DNA of 63,428 nucleotides, filler included, from Folioceros fuciformis (Eukaryota), in assembly GCA_049999805.1 (NCBI GenBank). It is 8 parts of 8 records of this genome, joined end to end, with 100 filler letters (N's around TTAATTAATTAA, not from the genome) between each part and the next. Parts side by side here need not be neighbours in the genome. Positions count along the whole stretch, not along the records: positions 1 to 7,971 come from JBNGIO010001199.1; positions 8,072 to 15,245 come from JBNGIO010001201.1; 6 more parts are not named here. The stretch is one strand, 5' to 3'. Position 1 is the first letter of the stretch. Each line of letters opens with the position of its first letter. Of this stretch, positions 1 to 13,500 are shown piece by piece. The notes beneath the pieces were generated by a model. The model searched no databases. It saw only the letters and a list, made by a program, of their open reading frames with translations, and was not told the origin of the DNA. Position numbers and translations under genes: made by a program.

Positions 1-1249
1 AGGCTGTGGGCGATGCTGACCATGCCCACAGCCTCACCATTGTGCTGAATAAGGGGAATGGCGACACACCTGCACAGCTACCTATAGTGCACAGCTACCT
101 ATAGACTTGACCGCGGGATAAAAAACACTGTGTATGAACCGAAATGAAGAGAAATGTTGTGTCCTTTCGATCCACAAAGACCTCATAAAAAGATTTACCA
201 TACGGTATATACGTAGGGTTGGATGAGGTGGCTAGAGTAGAAGAATATTCCTTAGATGCCACAGAATATTCACATATAGAATATTTTTTTTTAAATGTAA
301 ATATGTAATCCCTGTTAGCATCGGTATTCCATAAAATCAGTCTCCTTGTTGCACACGCTCCAAACGCATCTACAGTTAAAAAAGGAATATGGACTAATCG
401 GTTGAATGATAATTTTAATGCCATATTGTAGGTGATCGCAAAATGACGGAACAAAAGGCGAACGGAAGCGACGGTAATTCACGAGGGGAGATTCACTCAC
501 GTCTGACGAGGTACCGAGCCCGGTGCGCAAATGTCAGTGCGCGGATGGACGGCAGGTCCAGGGTGCTGGTTCGCCAGGGCCAAGACCCTTCATAGAGTTC
601 GATCGCCATCGCCTTGCGTGATCCAATTTCAGAAAACCAGGAGCACGGAAGGTGACGAGAACTTTTCCACCTTCCAAAAGTGAATATGGGGCCCGCGCAG
701 CTGCCCCCGAGCTTCCTCGTCTCACCGCACTCCATCTGTTGTGTGACACGGACCGTTCCGGTTTCGTTCCGTCAGACGGACGGAGTAATCGGTGGCCTCG
801 CAAATCAAAACCCTGCTTGTTGAGATATCTATCCATAACCAAACAATAGTACTAACCTATGCAACAAGTTTGGATACAAGTGAAACAAGAATGGTACATA
901 TACAGGGTTCTCCAATAAAGTCTCCCTTCTGCATGAGATACTAAAAGCACATTTATAGTAGGCAAACCATTCGAATTTGACCGGTTAATCAAAGTCAAAT
1001 CAGCAAACAGAGTCAAACGACTGTCCATCATACAGAAATTCCCTCCTCCATAGATCTTACTATGGGAAGACTGAATATCAAGGCAGTACAAAGAAGCAGC
1101 AAATAAACAGAGCCTCCTGGCCTTGACGCTCATGAATGGAGGAGAGAAAGGCAAAGAGGAAATTGCAGAATCCCTAAACACCTGCAAGCCGAACAGAGTT
1201 TGCAACCCCGGGTGAGAAGACAAAGCAGGCAAACCACATCATGATCCAG

Positions 1250-1729
1250 CTACGAAGCTGCCAAGGACATCCCCTCGCACGCAGGCACATCGTTGAAGTT
1301 GGACTTAGGGAATGTCTTTGAAGTGAAGCCGCTCTTGAGGACTAAGTCCTGGTTTTTGACATCAATCCCTGTAATGGACCACCACATCTTGAAAGCCTTG
1401 GCCTGGATCCCAGCCAAATTTTTCAAGCTCCCGTCCCGCATCACTCCAGTGATCTTTTTGGAGTAATAGACAGGTATGTTCCCATTCGTGATGGAAAACG
1501 AGCACTTATCCTGCAAATAAACAGTGAACTTGCCGTCGTCGTCCAGACTATAGCTCTTCACAGTGTGAGGCAAGATTCCCAAAGGGAACCCGTTGCGCGT
1601 CAAGTGGTCGTAAGCAGTCAGCTGGCCAATCTCCCCACACACAAGGCCTGCGAGCGAGATCACTACCGCTAACACCAGCAGCACACCAGCTCGCAGCGAG
1701 GGACTAGCGATCTGAATTGATCTCCTCAT
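1250..1729 (-). CDS. DUF538-family secreted protein (At5g01610-like), single exon
   Basis: ATG at 1729, a hydrophobic signal-like stretch (GVLLVLAVVISLAGLVC), then the DUF538 pattern TAYDHLTRNGFPLGILP..VKSYSL..DGKFTVYL...C.F......VYYSKKITG......LKNLAGIQAK...WWSITGI...F...P.C. Confidence 0.88.
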   Translation of the reverse strand: MRRSIQIASPSLRAGVLLVLAVVISLAGLVCGEIGQLTAYDHLTRNGFPLGILPHTVKSYSLDDDGKFTVYLQDKCSFSITNGNIPVYYSKKITGVMRDGSLKNLAGIQAKAFKMWWSITGIDVKNQDLVLKSGFTSKTFPKSNFNDVPACEGMSLAAS

Positions 1730-2984
1730 TGTTGCGTGTCCAGGGGTTTCAACTGCAGACGGACAGACGGGAAGCAAACTCGTCACCGAATAAGAATAAC
1801 CCAAACCAAAAAATTGAACCTCATACTGCAAGCTGTGCGCATAGTGCGGAGACAACCAGAAAGCTGACAAATCTCACTACAACACAGAACCACACGCATA
1901 ATCAGATAAATTCCGCGTATGGCAACCACCAAGCTGAACTCAATCACATCTACGGCCATTGACGTACATGAGCAAGGCATCCGCCGGTGCCCTCAAGCGG
2001 AAGTACGCGGGCCACGAATCAGCTGCACTTCCGAGTTCCCCGCCACAAAAACCAGCCGGCAACAATTGTAGACACGCACCTTGACGTTATATTATACATC
2101 TAACCAACCTTGGGGTCCAGTTCCTCTTTAAACACTGTGGTGTGAAACAGCGTAATTAGTTTCAATAAAATAATTTCCTGTTCCGAGTCCTGTAAAACAG
2201 ATTAGGTTTAATAATGCCATTTCCTCGTCCAAACCCTTTTGGAATGTCTGCCATAGACGGTGTCTTCTACGTTCCACGGCCCCCAGGCCGGAGGTTGGCG
2301 GCTTCAGAAGATTCCCTCCCCATTCTTCAGCGTCTGGATCCGGCCGCCCAGTAAGGCCATGGCCGGAGAACTACGCAACTTCGCCATGTGTTTCTACACA
2401 AAAGCAGCTCGTAGTCTCACGATCCCTATGGCAGTTCTCCTGCCTGCACGTCTGACGCCATAGGCTTGCACGCATCCTGGTCAACACTTAGACGCGCAGG
2501 AGGGACGGGAACATTTGGCCATGCTTTAAGCATCACCCACACTGGCGCGTAGCATTCCAATCGAACAGCGTCGCCAGTGAAATTGCGCAGACGATCCCTT
2601 TCCTACCAAACCCTTCCACGCTAGCAGTTCCCGAACAAGAGGCGGGGACGGTCACGGTTAGATGCCCTTTCCGCCATCACCGGCCGAGAGGAGTTCCGTT
2701 AAGACAGAGCCCCTCGGATCCAGCCGGACTTCACGAAGAGGAGCGAGATGGGCGGAAGACTACCAACTTTTGAAGAAGAAAATGCGCTAACAGTTTACGG
2801 CGAGACTCGTCTCTATCCATGGGAGGAACTATTGGCATTGCTCGCGCTGGACTCTTTGGGGAGACTTCTTTCCTAGCTAGACATTGTGACTCTCGGTCCA
2901 TTCCTGACTTACGGTGATCCCACGCCACCACCTTCTATTGCCGTCGCTACCACTAACAAAGACAGTATCACGGGCTTGAATCCA

Positions 2985-4845
2985 TCAGAGTCCTTGGTGT
3001 CTTCCAGAAACAATGAAATTCACGCTTGTATCTTCAGAGAGTGACCAGCTTTGTGCCAAGGGGTTGTACACCATGCCGGCCAAGCCTTCAAGCTGCAGGC
3101 AGCAAAAGAAACCAATGAATGGAAGGTTAGATGTGGAACACTCACCATTTGACCATGGACAAAATTAAGCAACATACCTGTAAACCTGCATAATGCATCA
3201 GTAAAGCAAGCTCCTCCGGAGTGACAAACTTTGTCCATTGATGTGTCCCTTTAGGCAACTGCGAGAGCAAAAGCAGACCTATAAAAAGAACCGCAGATTT
3301 GGCACGCTGTACAAAGGTTCAAAGGGTGTAAGCTCACATGCAAGAAATTCATTCAGCAGTAGTATGTCCTCAAGGGCGTTATATGTAGATCGTCAGGCAC
3401 TTGACATCGAAGTAAAACGCACCCAGCCCAAAATGTACTCCGCGGCCATTATGGCGAGTCCCCAAGAGCGGATAGAGCGGTTGATTGTGGAGACGATCAA
3501 AATTCCATCTCTCTTCAGCAGTGCAGCCAAAGATTTACAAAACTCTTTAGGATCAGTAACATGTTCTATTACCTGCACACAGAAACGAAGAAGGCACGAC
3601 CACTGCTTCAGTGACAATCCATGTGACTGACCAGCAAGCACATTTCAGGTCTTGGTGATGAAACAACCTCGAGGCAAATCACAGCATCAAACTGCTGTCC
3701 TTCTTCGACCAGTTGCTCTACAGGATGAGTACAGTTGCGTGAAAAAGACACCCACAGAAAGCCCAGGTGGTCACGAATCATCGTACGAGTTCACAAAATA
3801 GCCACCCAGAAGGAAGGCAACCTTACCCGCAGTGGTGCATCTATACCGTATTGTTGATGTTGACGAGTCTCTTGCCTGGAGAAAAATGCAGGATCAGATT
3901 TCCAGCAGCATACCTCTTCACCTTAGAAAGATTTGAACAAGACATGATTGGCTGTCCCTACGATTGGTCAGCTTCAAGATTATGTGGACGTACAGCATGT
4001 AGGGATGCGACAGCTATGTTTTTCTCCCCTGCATCCACACCCATAACTTGTCCTCCCAGTCTTGCAAGCGGCTGCAAAACCCTCCAGATCCTTTACAAAC
4101 AAGTTTTTACAAGAAAGACGACACAACAGGATGACAAATCGGAAGCGCACCTCACAAGCAAGACCACCACCACAGCCGACATCTAGTATTGCCAGGCCCT
4201 CCAGAGGTCTAGCACAATTTGGGTCTTTCCTGCATGTACAACACGCAAACAGGTTGAAGTGGGCTCAAAGCACAACATTCCACCAGTACAGATGTGGTAG
4301 CTAAACTCCAATACCTGAAGTGACTGCATAAAGCTGTCCGAATGAAGGAGATTCTGGTTGGGTTCATAACATGCAGAGGCTTGTAAGGGCCACCGTGATC
4401 CCACCTGCAGATATCAACAGCTGAAAAAATTGTGCATCTTCTGAGCACCAAAAGCCTTGTAGCACTGCAGTCACGCATCGTACCAGGAGTCGGCAATCAA
4501 AGCGAACTTAGCCAGCTCGGCAGAATCCACGGAAGCTTTAACTTTTTTGGAACTCGACAAGGGTGGTCCACTTCGAACTTTCGCCGTCGAGCCATCTTTG
4601 GCACACTCTGACTCCGATTTACTAGATGCAGTGGGCCGCTCTGGAAGCTGAGCATGGCTGGCCCCCACTGCACCCTGCTTCTCAGCAGTGACCCCATCCC
4701 CTGCTACTGAAGAAAAAGAATTCTGCTGCGAAACTGCATGTAGCAATTGCCGATGCACCTGGGGGAATGGAGGCACCACCCTCCATGCCTGCGATCTAGC
4801 ACCACTGACCAAACAGTGTCGGAGGCGATACGCGACACCTAACAT
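2985..4845 (-). CDS. COQ3: Ubiquinone biosynthesis O-methyltransferase, mitochondrial (about 9 exons)
   Basis: Transit-like N-terminus MLGVAYRLRH. Exons give SVDSAELAKFALIADSW/WDHGGPYKPLHVMNPTRISFIR, SAM motif I LDVGCGGGLACE, VIEHVTDPKEFCKSL..STINRS..AAEYILGW, LPKGTHQWTKFVTPEEL and LAGMVYNPLAQSWSLSEDTSVNF, with the stop at 2985-2987. Confidence 0.93.
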
Positions 4846-5204
4846 CGAATAATCAAAGTTCCCACAATCACGAGAATCTAAGTGCTCTGCAATGAGAATT
4901 GACTCATCGTGAGCCACAAAACATGTCACCGATGTATAAGCAGTTGTCCATATCAAGAGAAAATGCGAAGACAGCTACACCTCCTCTTCTGACATCATGG
5001 TTCCCTCAACGATTCTGCGTCACGCAGACAGGCAAGCAGCACGTCGATCGAAAAGCATCTCCAGCCGAATTGCTCTCGATAGCTCTTCTCCGCCAAGCCC
5101 TACCGCTGTCGCAATCCCGCAGCACACCGGAGTTTTGTCAACACAAAAATCCTCCGAGTTGAGAGTGATTACGCAATTTTACGAGGCAGCGAGAGGCGAG
5201 CAAT

Positions 5205-7971
5205 ATGGCGGAGGAGATAGCAGTAGAGGCAGCGTCAGCGACCGTGCTGGCCGCAGCGAAGCGGCTGGCAGCCGTGCGACGGCCGCTGCAAAAGGCACTG
5301 TCGTGCATCCTGGCTGAGGACATCCGCTCGGCGGACGATCTGCCTCCGCACGCGGCTTCCATCAAGGTGGGTAGAAGGAACGGGAATTGGGCTTGGCATC
5401 AAAGCTGCTTGCGCTCTCTGCGTCTGCCGGATGTGCATTAAAGTCCGGGCCGCAGGATGGCTTCGCGGTCGTGTCGACCGATGGCCCCGGGCTCTACCCG
5501 GTGGTCGCCTACTCCCGGGCGGGGGAGCCCACTGCGGCCGGGGCCGCATCTCCTGTGGTGAGGCCGGGGACTGTGGCGTATGTCACCACCGGGGGGGCAA
5601 TTCCGGAGGGAGCAGACGCCGTGGTGCAGGTGGAGGACACGGAGCCCGGTGAGCAGGGGGATGTCGTCCGCATCATGCGAGGCGCGGTCCGGGGCCAGGA
5701 AATACGTCCGGTGGGCTGTGATATCGCGCGAGGGTCCACGGTGCTGGAGGCTGGGCACAGGATCTCGGCGTCCGACATCGGGCTCCTGGCGGCGGTCGGG
5801 ATGACGGAGCTTCAGGTGGCTGCATTTTGGTGGGTTTGGGATTATGGGTTCCTGCCGGGGATGGGATTGTTTCGGTTGGCTCACGGTGGGCGTTTGCAGG
5901 TGTATGGCATGCCCAAGGTGGCGTTGCTGTCCACGGGAGATGAGTTGGTGGATTGCTCCGAGGCCACGGCTCTGGGGAGTGGGAAGGTTCGCTGCCCTGC
6001 CCCTCTCGTTGGTTGGGTTCCGTTGTGTGGTGGAGGTAACCGTGCTGGACGGTGCAGATTCGCGATACCAATAAGGTTGTGCTTGCGGCAGCCTGTGGGC
6101 AATTGGGTTGCGAGACGGTGGATGTTGGGATTGCCCGAGATAACCCGGAATCGGTGACGGAAGCTTTGGAGAGAGCCTTGGCCTCGGGTGCGGATGTGGT
6201 CATCACTACAGGGGGAGTTTCGATGGGTGATCGAGACTTCGTGAAGCCTATTCTGAAGCAGCTTGGCACAGTTCTGTTTGACAAGGTTGTGGCCAGTCAC
6301 CCGTCCCAGCTATGTGCAACATTCTCTGGTCCTCGTGGGTTGCTTGTTGATTCCAGCATTCACACTCTGCATCACTCCTGAGCAGGTGGTGATGAAACCA
6401 GGGAAGCCCATGACCTTCGCAACTGCAAGGAGGGAAGCAGCAGGGGGTGGATCACTCCCTGACATCCTTATGTTTGGTCTTCCTGGAAATCCCGTTAGCA
6501 CTTTGGTGTGCTTTTACCTTTTTGTCGTGCCAGCCATGCGACAGATGGGTGGCTGGCCACATCCTCATTTGTTTAGGTTCGGCACAACATCCCATGTCTC
6601 TTGGACGTTGGTCGCTTTGTGCATTTTGTGGTGTGCTGAAGGTTTTACCAGAGTGTTGTACCAGAGTGCAGGCCAGAACTTTGCAGCCCCTGAAGCTAGA
6701 CTCGCAAAGGCGTGAGTACTCTCGAGCAATTGTTCGGTGGAGAGCTGCCTCAGGCGGGTTTCCTGCTGGGTACAGACTTTTCCCTCCAACTTCATGGTCG
6801 GGGCTTCCAGTGTTCTGTTGTGCTCGTGAACTGAAGGAGAACAGAAAGTGGCTTACCTATTATACTTCAACAGATTCACTGCAGAGAGCACCGGACCTCA
6901 AACAAGCAGTCGTCTCCTTAGCATGAAAGGGGCCAATGCACTCCTGGAACTTCCAGCAGAAGGTGGTATACTTCCGACTGGTTCGGCGGTGACTGCAATC
7001 CTGATCGCTGATCTTTCAACAATCCCTCCTCCAGCCGATTCCTCTGAATTGAAGACTGCACAACTTCCTTCTCACAGCAGTCATGAAAATTTTGGAACCA
7101 AGGAGAGCCCAAGCAAGGACAGGAACGTGACAGCGGCTGTCCTCACCGTCAGTGACACCGTAGCGTCGGGACAAGGCCCCGATCGCAGGTAATGCACTGG
7201 TGACGCTGTTTTTGAAGAACGGATGGTACTGAACTTTGGGCATGGCGTGCTCGGTTGTTTGACGTGTGAACAGTCCTCTGTTGTTTAAAGTGTAGCTACT
7301 AACGTTAGTGACTTGTGGCATTTACTTAGTTGGCTTTTTGCCCTTCTTGAAGGTGTGCACGTTGCTCCCGTGTCATCTCGTTTCTGAGGCTCTGGTTTCG
7401 ACCTGTGATTGTCCAGCGGACCGAAAGCCGTGCAAGCTCTGTCGTCCTTGTCTGAGAAATTCGGAGGACTGACGGTAACAGCTTCCGCGGTGGTGGCTGA
7501 TGATGTGAAAGACATCCAAAGGGTTCTCCTGCACTGGACAGAGGTTTTGCAGGTCGACCTCATCCTCACCACCGGTACGTGCTTCTCCTCTAGGGACTAG
7601 AACGACGACACGCTGAAATGGTGGACATCAGAAACCCTGACCAAGAGAGGAGAGGGACGGTTATGCAGGTGGCACAGGGTTTTCACCTCGAGACCTGACT
7701 CCGGAGGCGACGAAGCCTTTACTGCACAGGGAAACCCCCGGTCTAGTGCAAGTGATGCTGCAGGAGAGCTTGAAGGTCCTGACAACAGGACGCTGCCTCC
7801 TCATTCTCCTTCCCTACATTCCATGTGTTTGCTTCTGCTGATGACCTAACTCGCAACGCCCCTGCAGGTGACTCCAACAGCCATGCTTTCTCGACCTGCC
7901 GCGGGCATCCGAGGCTCCAGCTTGATCATCAACATGCCGGGGAATCCGAACGCCGTCAAGGAATGCTTAGA
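5205..7971 (+). CDS. CNX1: Molybdopterin biosynthesis protein CNX1 (MoeA/E domain plus MogA/G domain), 3' truncated by the linker
   Basis: Spliced exons give [101 protein letters not shown], then the G domain [31 protein letters not shown] and [16 protein letters not shown]. Confidence 0.95.
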
Positions 7972-8071
7972 NNNNNNNNNNNNNNNNNNNNNNNNNNNNN
8001 NNNNNNNNNNNNNNNTTAATTAATTAANNNNNNNNNNNNNNNNNNNNNNNNNNNNNNNNNNNNNNNNNNNN
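7972..8071. other. Artificial contig linker
   Basis: N44-TTAATTAATTAA-N44, stops in all six frames; the same 100-bp block occurs seven times. Confidence 0.98.
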
Positions 8072-9471
8072 GGGACGTTGCTGGCCCAAAGCCTCCTGCG
8101 TATAACCCAATACCCGGCATTAGTGCCAGACCCCATCAGAGTGGGAAAGGTGCGTCACCTCTTATCCAGGACATCGTGAAGGGCCTCACCAGGAGTGCCA
8201 CTGATTCGGTCCAGGGGTCGGAACTGGGGCCCCTTCGACAACCGCAGGTGCCTGAAAGTAAGTAGTTTGGCTGTCTCTGCTTTTTTAACTCCAGTGGCGC
8301 TGCATCTCTGCGGTTTCTTCATTTTTCCCAGCAATTGTCCGTTCTTGCTCTGGCTCTTTGTGAATGCTGGAAGGACTCAGAGTACACGAAGTAGTGCATG
8401 ATTAAAGGGAAACGTGGTCCAACTCAGCGGAAGCTGTCGGGCCAATGCGTTTTGCGAGAATGTTTTCTGCTGGAACTCTGATGAACACGATCACTGTTTT
8501 TTGGCCAGAGAAGGTTGTTGCACGGCTCTCAGTGCTCCCCAAGTTTGCTCTCAAGTCTGACATAATGAGCTACTTTTCTAACTGTAACTTGGAAGAACAA
8601 GATCTGACGTTCATCTACGATGACAAGTATCGGGCACGGTTCATGTAAGACTGCCCACGTCTTTTATGATTTTGTCCTCGTTTACATGTGTCTGCCCCGA
8701 GGTTAGGTATCTGATCAAAGTTGTTCTCAGGCAGATTGAATTCAAAAATCAAGATCTCTACAAGACTGCACTAAAGACACTCAGTGACAAGGGGCGACTC
8801 GGAGGAAGATTCATGAAGCTGGAGCTGGTAGTGCTGCTTCTATTAATTCGGTACCCAGTCATTTTCAGATCGTTCCTTCGTCGCTCAGCTAGTAGTGCTT
8901 TCTGGTGACAGGACTCTGAATTCGAGATGGACGAAATAAACAACGTGGTGCAAACATTTAATAGCCATGTGGTAATGTTGTGTTGTGAGGGGTAATTTGT
9001 GTGGAGACTCCCATGTTTTATCCTCAACCTGCATTGTGGCTGACATTTTCTCAATCTGTATCTCAACCGCAGTTATTGATGGACAACCTCCCCAAGCAGT
9101 TTGGGCCTGAGGATTTGGACAAATTCTTCCATGGATACGACTTGGGATCTCAGGGTGTGCGGATCTTGCGAAGGTGCGGTTCTCTTATGCCCTCCGAATG
9201 ATATCACTCCATGTGACCGTTCTTAACGTCTTTCCACGTTCGTGGGCGATTTCTTTGCGATCTGTCCCTGCTCTTGATACACGCCTCACACTTCCCCCTC
9301 CTTCCATGTGGCATGATAACCAGCCGGGTTGTCCCGTGGAGTAGGGGTTTACCTGAGAGACAAGCCGCAGCACATTTCGACACGTACTTAAAGGCATCCC
9401 GGGCACTGCGAGAGAAGCAGGGAGAGTTCTGCGGGGACAAACCTGTAGAGCTGAGATATCTACAACCCTGA
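8072..9471 (+). CDS. Two RRM-like fold protein resembling Arabidopsis At5g02740 (annotated as ribosomal protein S24e family), 5' truncated
   Basis: Spliced exons KVVARLSVLPKFALKSDIMSYFSNCNLEEQDL / QIEFKNQDLYKTALKTLSDKGRL / LLMDNLPKQFGPEDLDKFFHGYD / QAAAHFDTYLKASRALREKQGEFCGDKPVELRYLQP*. GT-AG junctions keep the frame; the pattern match is from memory. Confidence 0.6.
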
Positions 9472-9900
9472 CCTCCCGGAAGGTGTTGTCTCGCAGCTTG
9501 GCTACTGAAGCATTTGGACCAGAACACTGTAAGCTGCTGGAGACTTCACGCTCTAGCTGTGAACGAATTCATTCCTTTTTGGGCTGTTGGGAAGTCACTC
9601 CTCGATCATGTCCAGATCGTGCAGCGCGAGAGAACTCGTGCACGCGTCTCGAGCAAACCATTGACAAGCACCCTTCCCACTCGTCCAGTGCTCGCCACAC
9701 GCTTTTCATCAATGTTGTCTGAGACTATTCCCATCGCCATTCCATTCCAGACGTTGTACTCGCCTCCCCCCAAGAGACAATTTAATGTACATTGGCCCCA
9801 CTCGGCCCAGGTGAGTCCCGTGAATCTATGTGGGGCCTGGCTCTCCAGTGTAAGCACGCGGCTGAATGTGATAGCTCAGAACTTACCGACAGGTACTGTC

Positions 9901-10047
9901 CACCACCTACGTCGAACCTATGGGTGCGTGGCCCATCAACTACGAGGCTCACCCCCTGCGTCGAAACTATGGTTGCGTGGCCTATCAACCACGAGGCTCA
10001 CCACCCGCGTCGAACCTGTGGTTGCCTGACCTATAAATACGAGGCAT
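9901..10047. repeat. Three diverged copies of a 49-bp tandem repeat
   Basis: Units start at 9901, 9950 and 9999 (cacc.cc..cgtcgaa.ct.tgg.tgc.tg.cc.at.aa..acgagg). Confidence 0.85.
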
Positions 10048-10599
10048 TTCTACTTGCGTGGTCATCAGATTCAGTTCGTCTCATCAAACTCAGTTCTTCT
10101 CTCGTGTCTCGTGTCCGCCGGTCCGGTGCGCTTGTGGATGGTGGAGAAGGCGCGGCCGCAGCGGCTCTTGTGCTGGTTCTGTGTTTAGTCCCAAGATCTG
10201 AAGGGCCGTTTTCCACTGCATGCTTCAACTCCACGTTCTCGTGTGAGATTTGCCCCATCACAACCCTAAACAGCCATGTCCTGTTTTGGACATTGGCTGG
10301 CGACATGCACTGAGCTCTGGGAACAGCCCTTCATCTTGGGATTACATCCAGGAACAGCACTGCAGACGGTCGGCGCGGTGTCGGTAGGGTTTCGGTTCTG
10401 ATATTAGAGGCTTTCTCTTCCTTGCACACGGTTCTCGCCCGGAGTTCTCGCGGCGCGGGTTGTGTTGCGTCGGTGACTAATTGCTTGTTGTGAAGTTCCT
10501 TCACAGGATAGGTCACTATTTCGATAGCCTGTTTTCCCCTGCGAGGGCCGTAGTTGTGTCTTGTGACTCGGACAGAGTATGTGACTGTGCATCTACGTC

Positions 10600-13500
10600 T
10601 CAGTTCTTGGCAACGCTGTGACTTCTGGATCTCGCCTGCGTATTGTTCGGAGTGACACTTCTGGACATATGAGAAGCCCTGGACGCCCGGGAGGCAGCTC
10701 TGGACCCTGGACGTGATCGTCTTCCAGCTCTGGAGTTTCGGCCTTTTCCTAATCGCACGATCCCGCCTGACATCATCGAGTCCGCCTCGGCCTTGGCGAG
10801 CACCGCGGCTTGCAGATCGAGGATGGACGCACGGAGGCCTGGGAGTCGCGGATCGTTCTTCAGTCTTGTGTCCAGCTCCGAGTATCTGTGCGCGGGAAAG
10901 AGGTGGAGACGGCCACGTCAGATTGGAGCAAGGTCTTGACCCTTTACGGCCCTCTGCGAAGGTTACCACTTACTTCTCTAGTGCGCGTTTCTCGTGGTCT
11001 ATCTGGCGCTCCTGGAGAATGCGGATAACGAAGCTAGACCGGTCGCATGCGCGCTCGTACATCTCCTCATCCGCCACTGTCATCGCTTCCTTGTCTCGCT
11101 CGAAGTTCATTTTCCGCTTTGCCAACCCTGCTATCTCTTCTTCAAGTCGTCTCTGGTAGAGGATGTAAAGGGAGTGCAGGTAAGTGCTATGCGAATTACT
11201 CGATTGGGATGTGGCACACCAGAATTGTATCTACTTCGATGTACCTGGATGATGGCGGCTCGGTTGATTAATCTGTCTTTCAGGGCTCCCAAGCATGCCT
11301 CTCTGACCTCCCACTGTTGCTGCATCGTTAACTTCTGCCGGGGCCTCACTCCAGCGGGCCAGAAAGGAGTTAGGTAAGTCTTTTCTCTCTGCAGTGAGAA
11401 CGTTTAATCAGAGAAACACATCCTGTGCTGCTCTTGAAGTTATTCGACACATCCTGTGCTGTAGAAGACTCGCCACTAACCTTTACTTCTTCCTCTTGGA
11501 TGTCTTCGGGTAGATAACGGGCCACATCGGGGTATGGTATTATCAGGTAGATGTTGAGCTCTTCCCTAGCCCTCTGCTGCAAAAGCTCTCTGGTATCTCT
11601 TTCTGATTCCCTCACTGATTGTACCGTCGTGCGCTCTGTCGTAAGAAGGTCATGGAACTCGTCCATCGTAGGGAAGGGCTCCATTTTTTTATCGAATACA
11701 CCTGCCTGCAGTGCTGAAGCATTTAGCCTTACGTAAAGATGGAGTAGTATGAAGTAGGTCACCACATCCATGAGTTACCTGTTCTTCGTGCAGGATTCCG
11801 TCTTTGCTGTAAATCCGTGACACAGAAGTTATCCGGCCATCCTCGTAGTGAAAGTCGATGCGTAGTTGGTCTGTGCTAAGCCAAAACACTTTTTTGCATA
11901 CATTCTTTTGCGGGTCCGTGTCATGTTCATTCCTGAATCTGCACAGTCGTGGTGACTTAAAACATGAGTTTGGGTGGTTGGAAGACTCTCCAGTTCATTC
12001 TGCGTGAGACATCTCTGCTTACTTCTGGGTGATCTTGGATATGGGTAGTAGCTTCTCAATCGCATACTTCTTCCTTGTTACTGTCCAAGATGGAACGGCA
12101 GGCTTCGCTTGTGGAATGTTGGTCTTCCTTGATTTCTTGTGGAGCATACTAGGTCTGCTTGAGAAACTGTAGCCAAGTGATGCGTCAAGTGGTTGAGTCC
12201 CAGAGTAAGCAACCATTGATTTCCAAACGGGTTGGAGGAATCTGAAACTCCTGTTCACCTTCGCATTTTGTTAGTGCTTTTACGCTGGGCCAGGTGTTGC
12301 TTGGCTCGCTGGCTGGTGCTCAGCCTGTCGCTTGACTTCTGGCTAGAGCGAGACTTCTCATCTTTGCTGTCGGCCTTGTTCACTTCCGCCAGTTTTTTGT
12401 CCTGGAGAAAGGCATCCATGCTGGGACTGACCCCGGGGTCATCATCTAAGGGCAACTGATGACCATATTGTACTTGTCGGTAGAACATGTTTGATCCAGG
12501 CTTTTCGTAATGCTCCTCTACGGAATGCCCAATTATCTGCGCAGAGTTGACATGGAAGCCAAGTCACAGGTAGCAATACCTCAGCTGCCATGGCTGTCAG
12601 CAGGTTCGACAGTGCTCTTACTTCTTCACGGACTTGGAGCCCGTCGATCCGATGTTTTGAGTAGAACGTGAACTTCTGACTAAGACCATCCACGGTTAGA
12701 ATCTCCTTTATTCCAACTGCTGTGCCAGGCTCGAAAAATTCATGTATCTGCAGATGCATGCTTTTTAGTGATACACCCGCCAAATGACAAGCTTGTTTAT
12801 ACATTTAAAGATAATTCACAACTGCTGCACCTTGTTTTCTGTGAAGTAAGTTACGCGCTTGTAGAGTCTATCCTTTCGCCGCCTGAAATAGTCATGGCAC
12901 TCTGTGATGACTTTGTGGTCTTTGTCTGCGTAGTACAAGAGACGCTCGTCCAGTCCATCCCAGCGGACGTAGTCTCCATAGAAGGCAAATATTTCATGTG
13001 AGCACTGATCATATACTGTCTTTTTGGTCCCCAATCGGCATCTACACATCCACATTCCGTATGAGGACTGACATTTGCATGCACCTTTCCTTGTCGACAT
13101 TGCTCACATGGAAGCCAGAACAACGTTTCTCTGTGTCTTAACGTCTGTGTACCTTGTAACCACAGCTTCCACTTCAATCTGAAGTTTGGGTACCCAGGAG
13201 GGAGGCAGTAGCCAATGAGAAAGTTCCATGTCTGCCTTGAGTCTCTCCTTGGAGAACCTTGCGTCCCTCAGAACCTTGGGCTCTACAGTCCGATCTGGTT
13301 CGAAAAACCCTTTCGTCTTTTCCATATCTATGTTTGGTGAAGTCGTGGATTGTGTTGGCATAGTTGTTTTCTCTGCTGTTGTCGGCTTTGCACCAGGCCC
13401 CGGGGACAAACCTGGAGTTGCAGATTGAGGTGACGGTATGGTGGACGGAGCACGTGAAGGTGAAGGTGTAACTGGTATGGCAGCAGAGGGGTCGGCTGGT

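Noticed and set aside
1-1240. Short ORFs and a 17-bp duplication near 73-106
   Set aside because: No recognisable product; too little evidence.
5235-6300. Long antisense ORFs opposite CNX1
   Set aside because: Expected in GC-rich coding DNA; no recognisable motifs.
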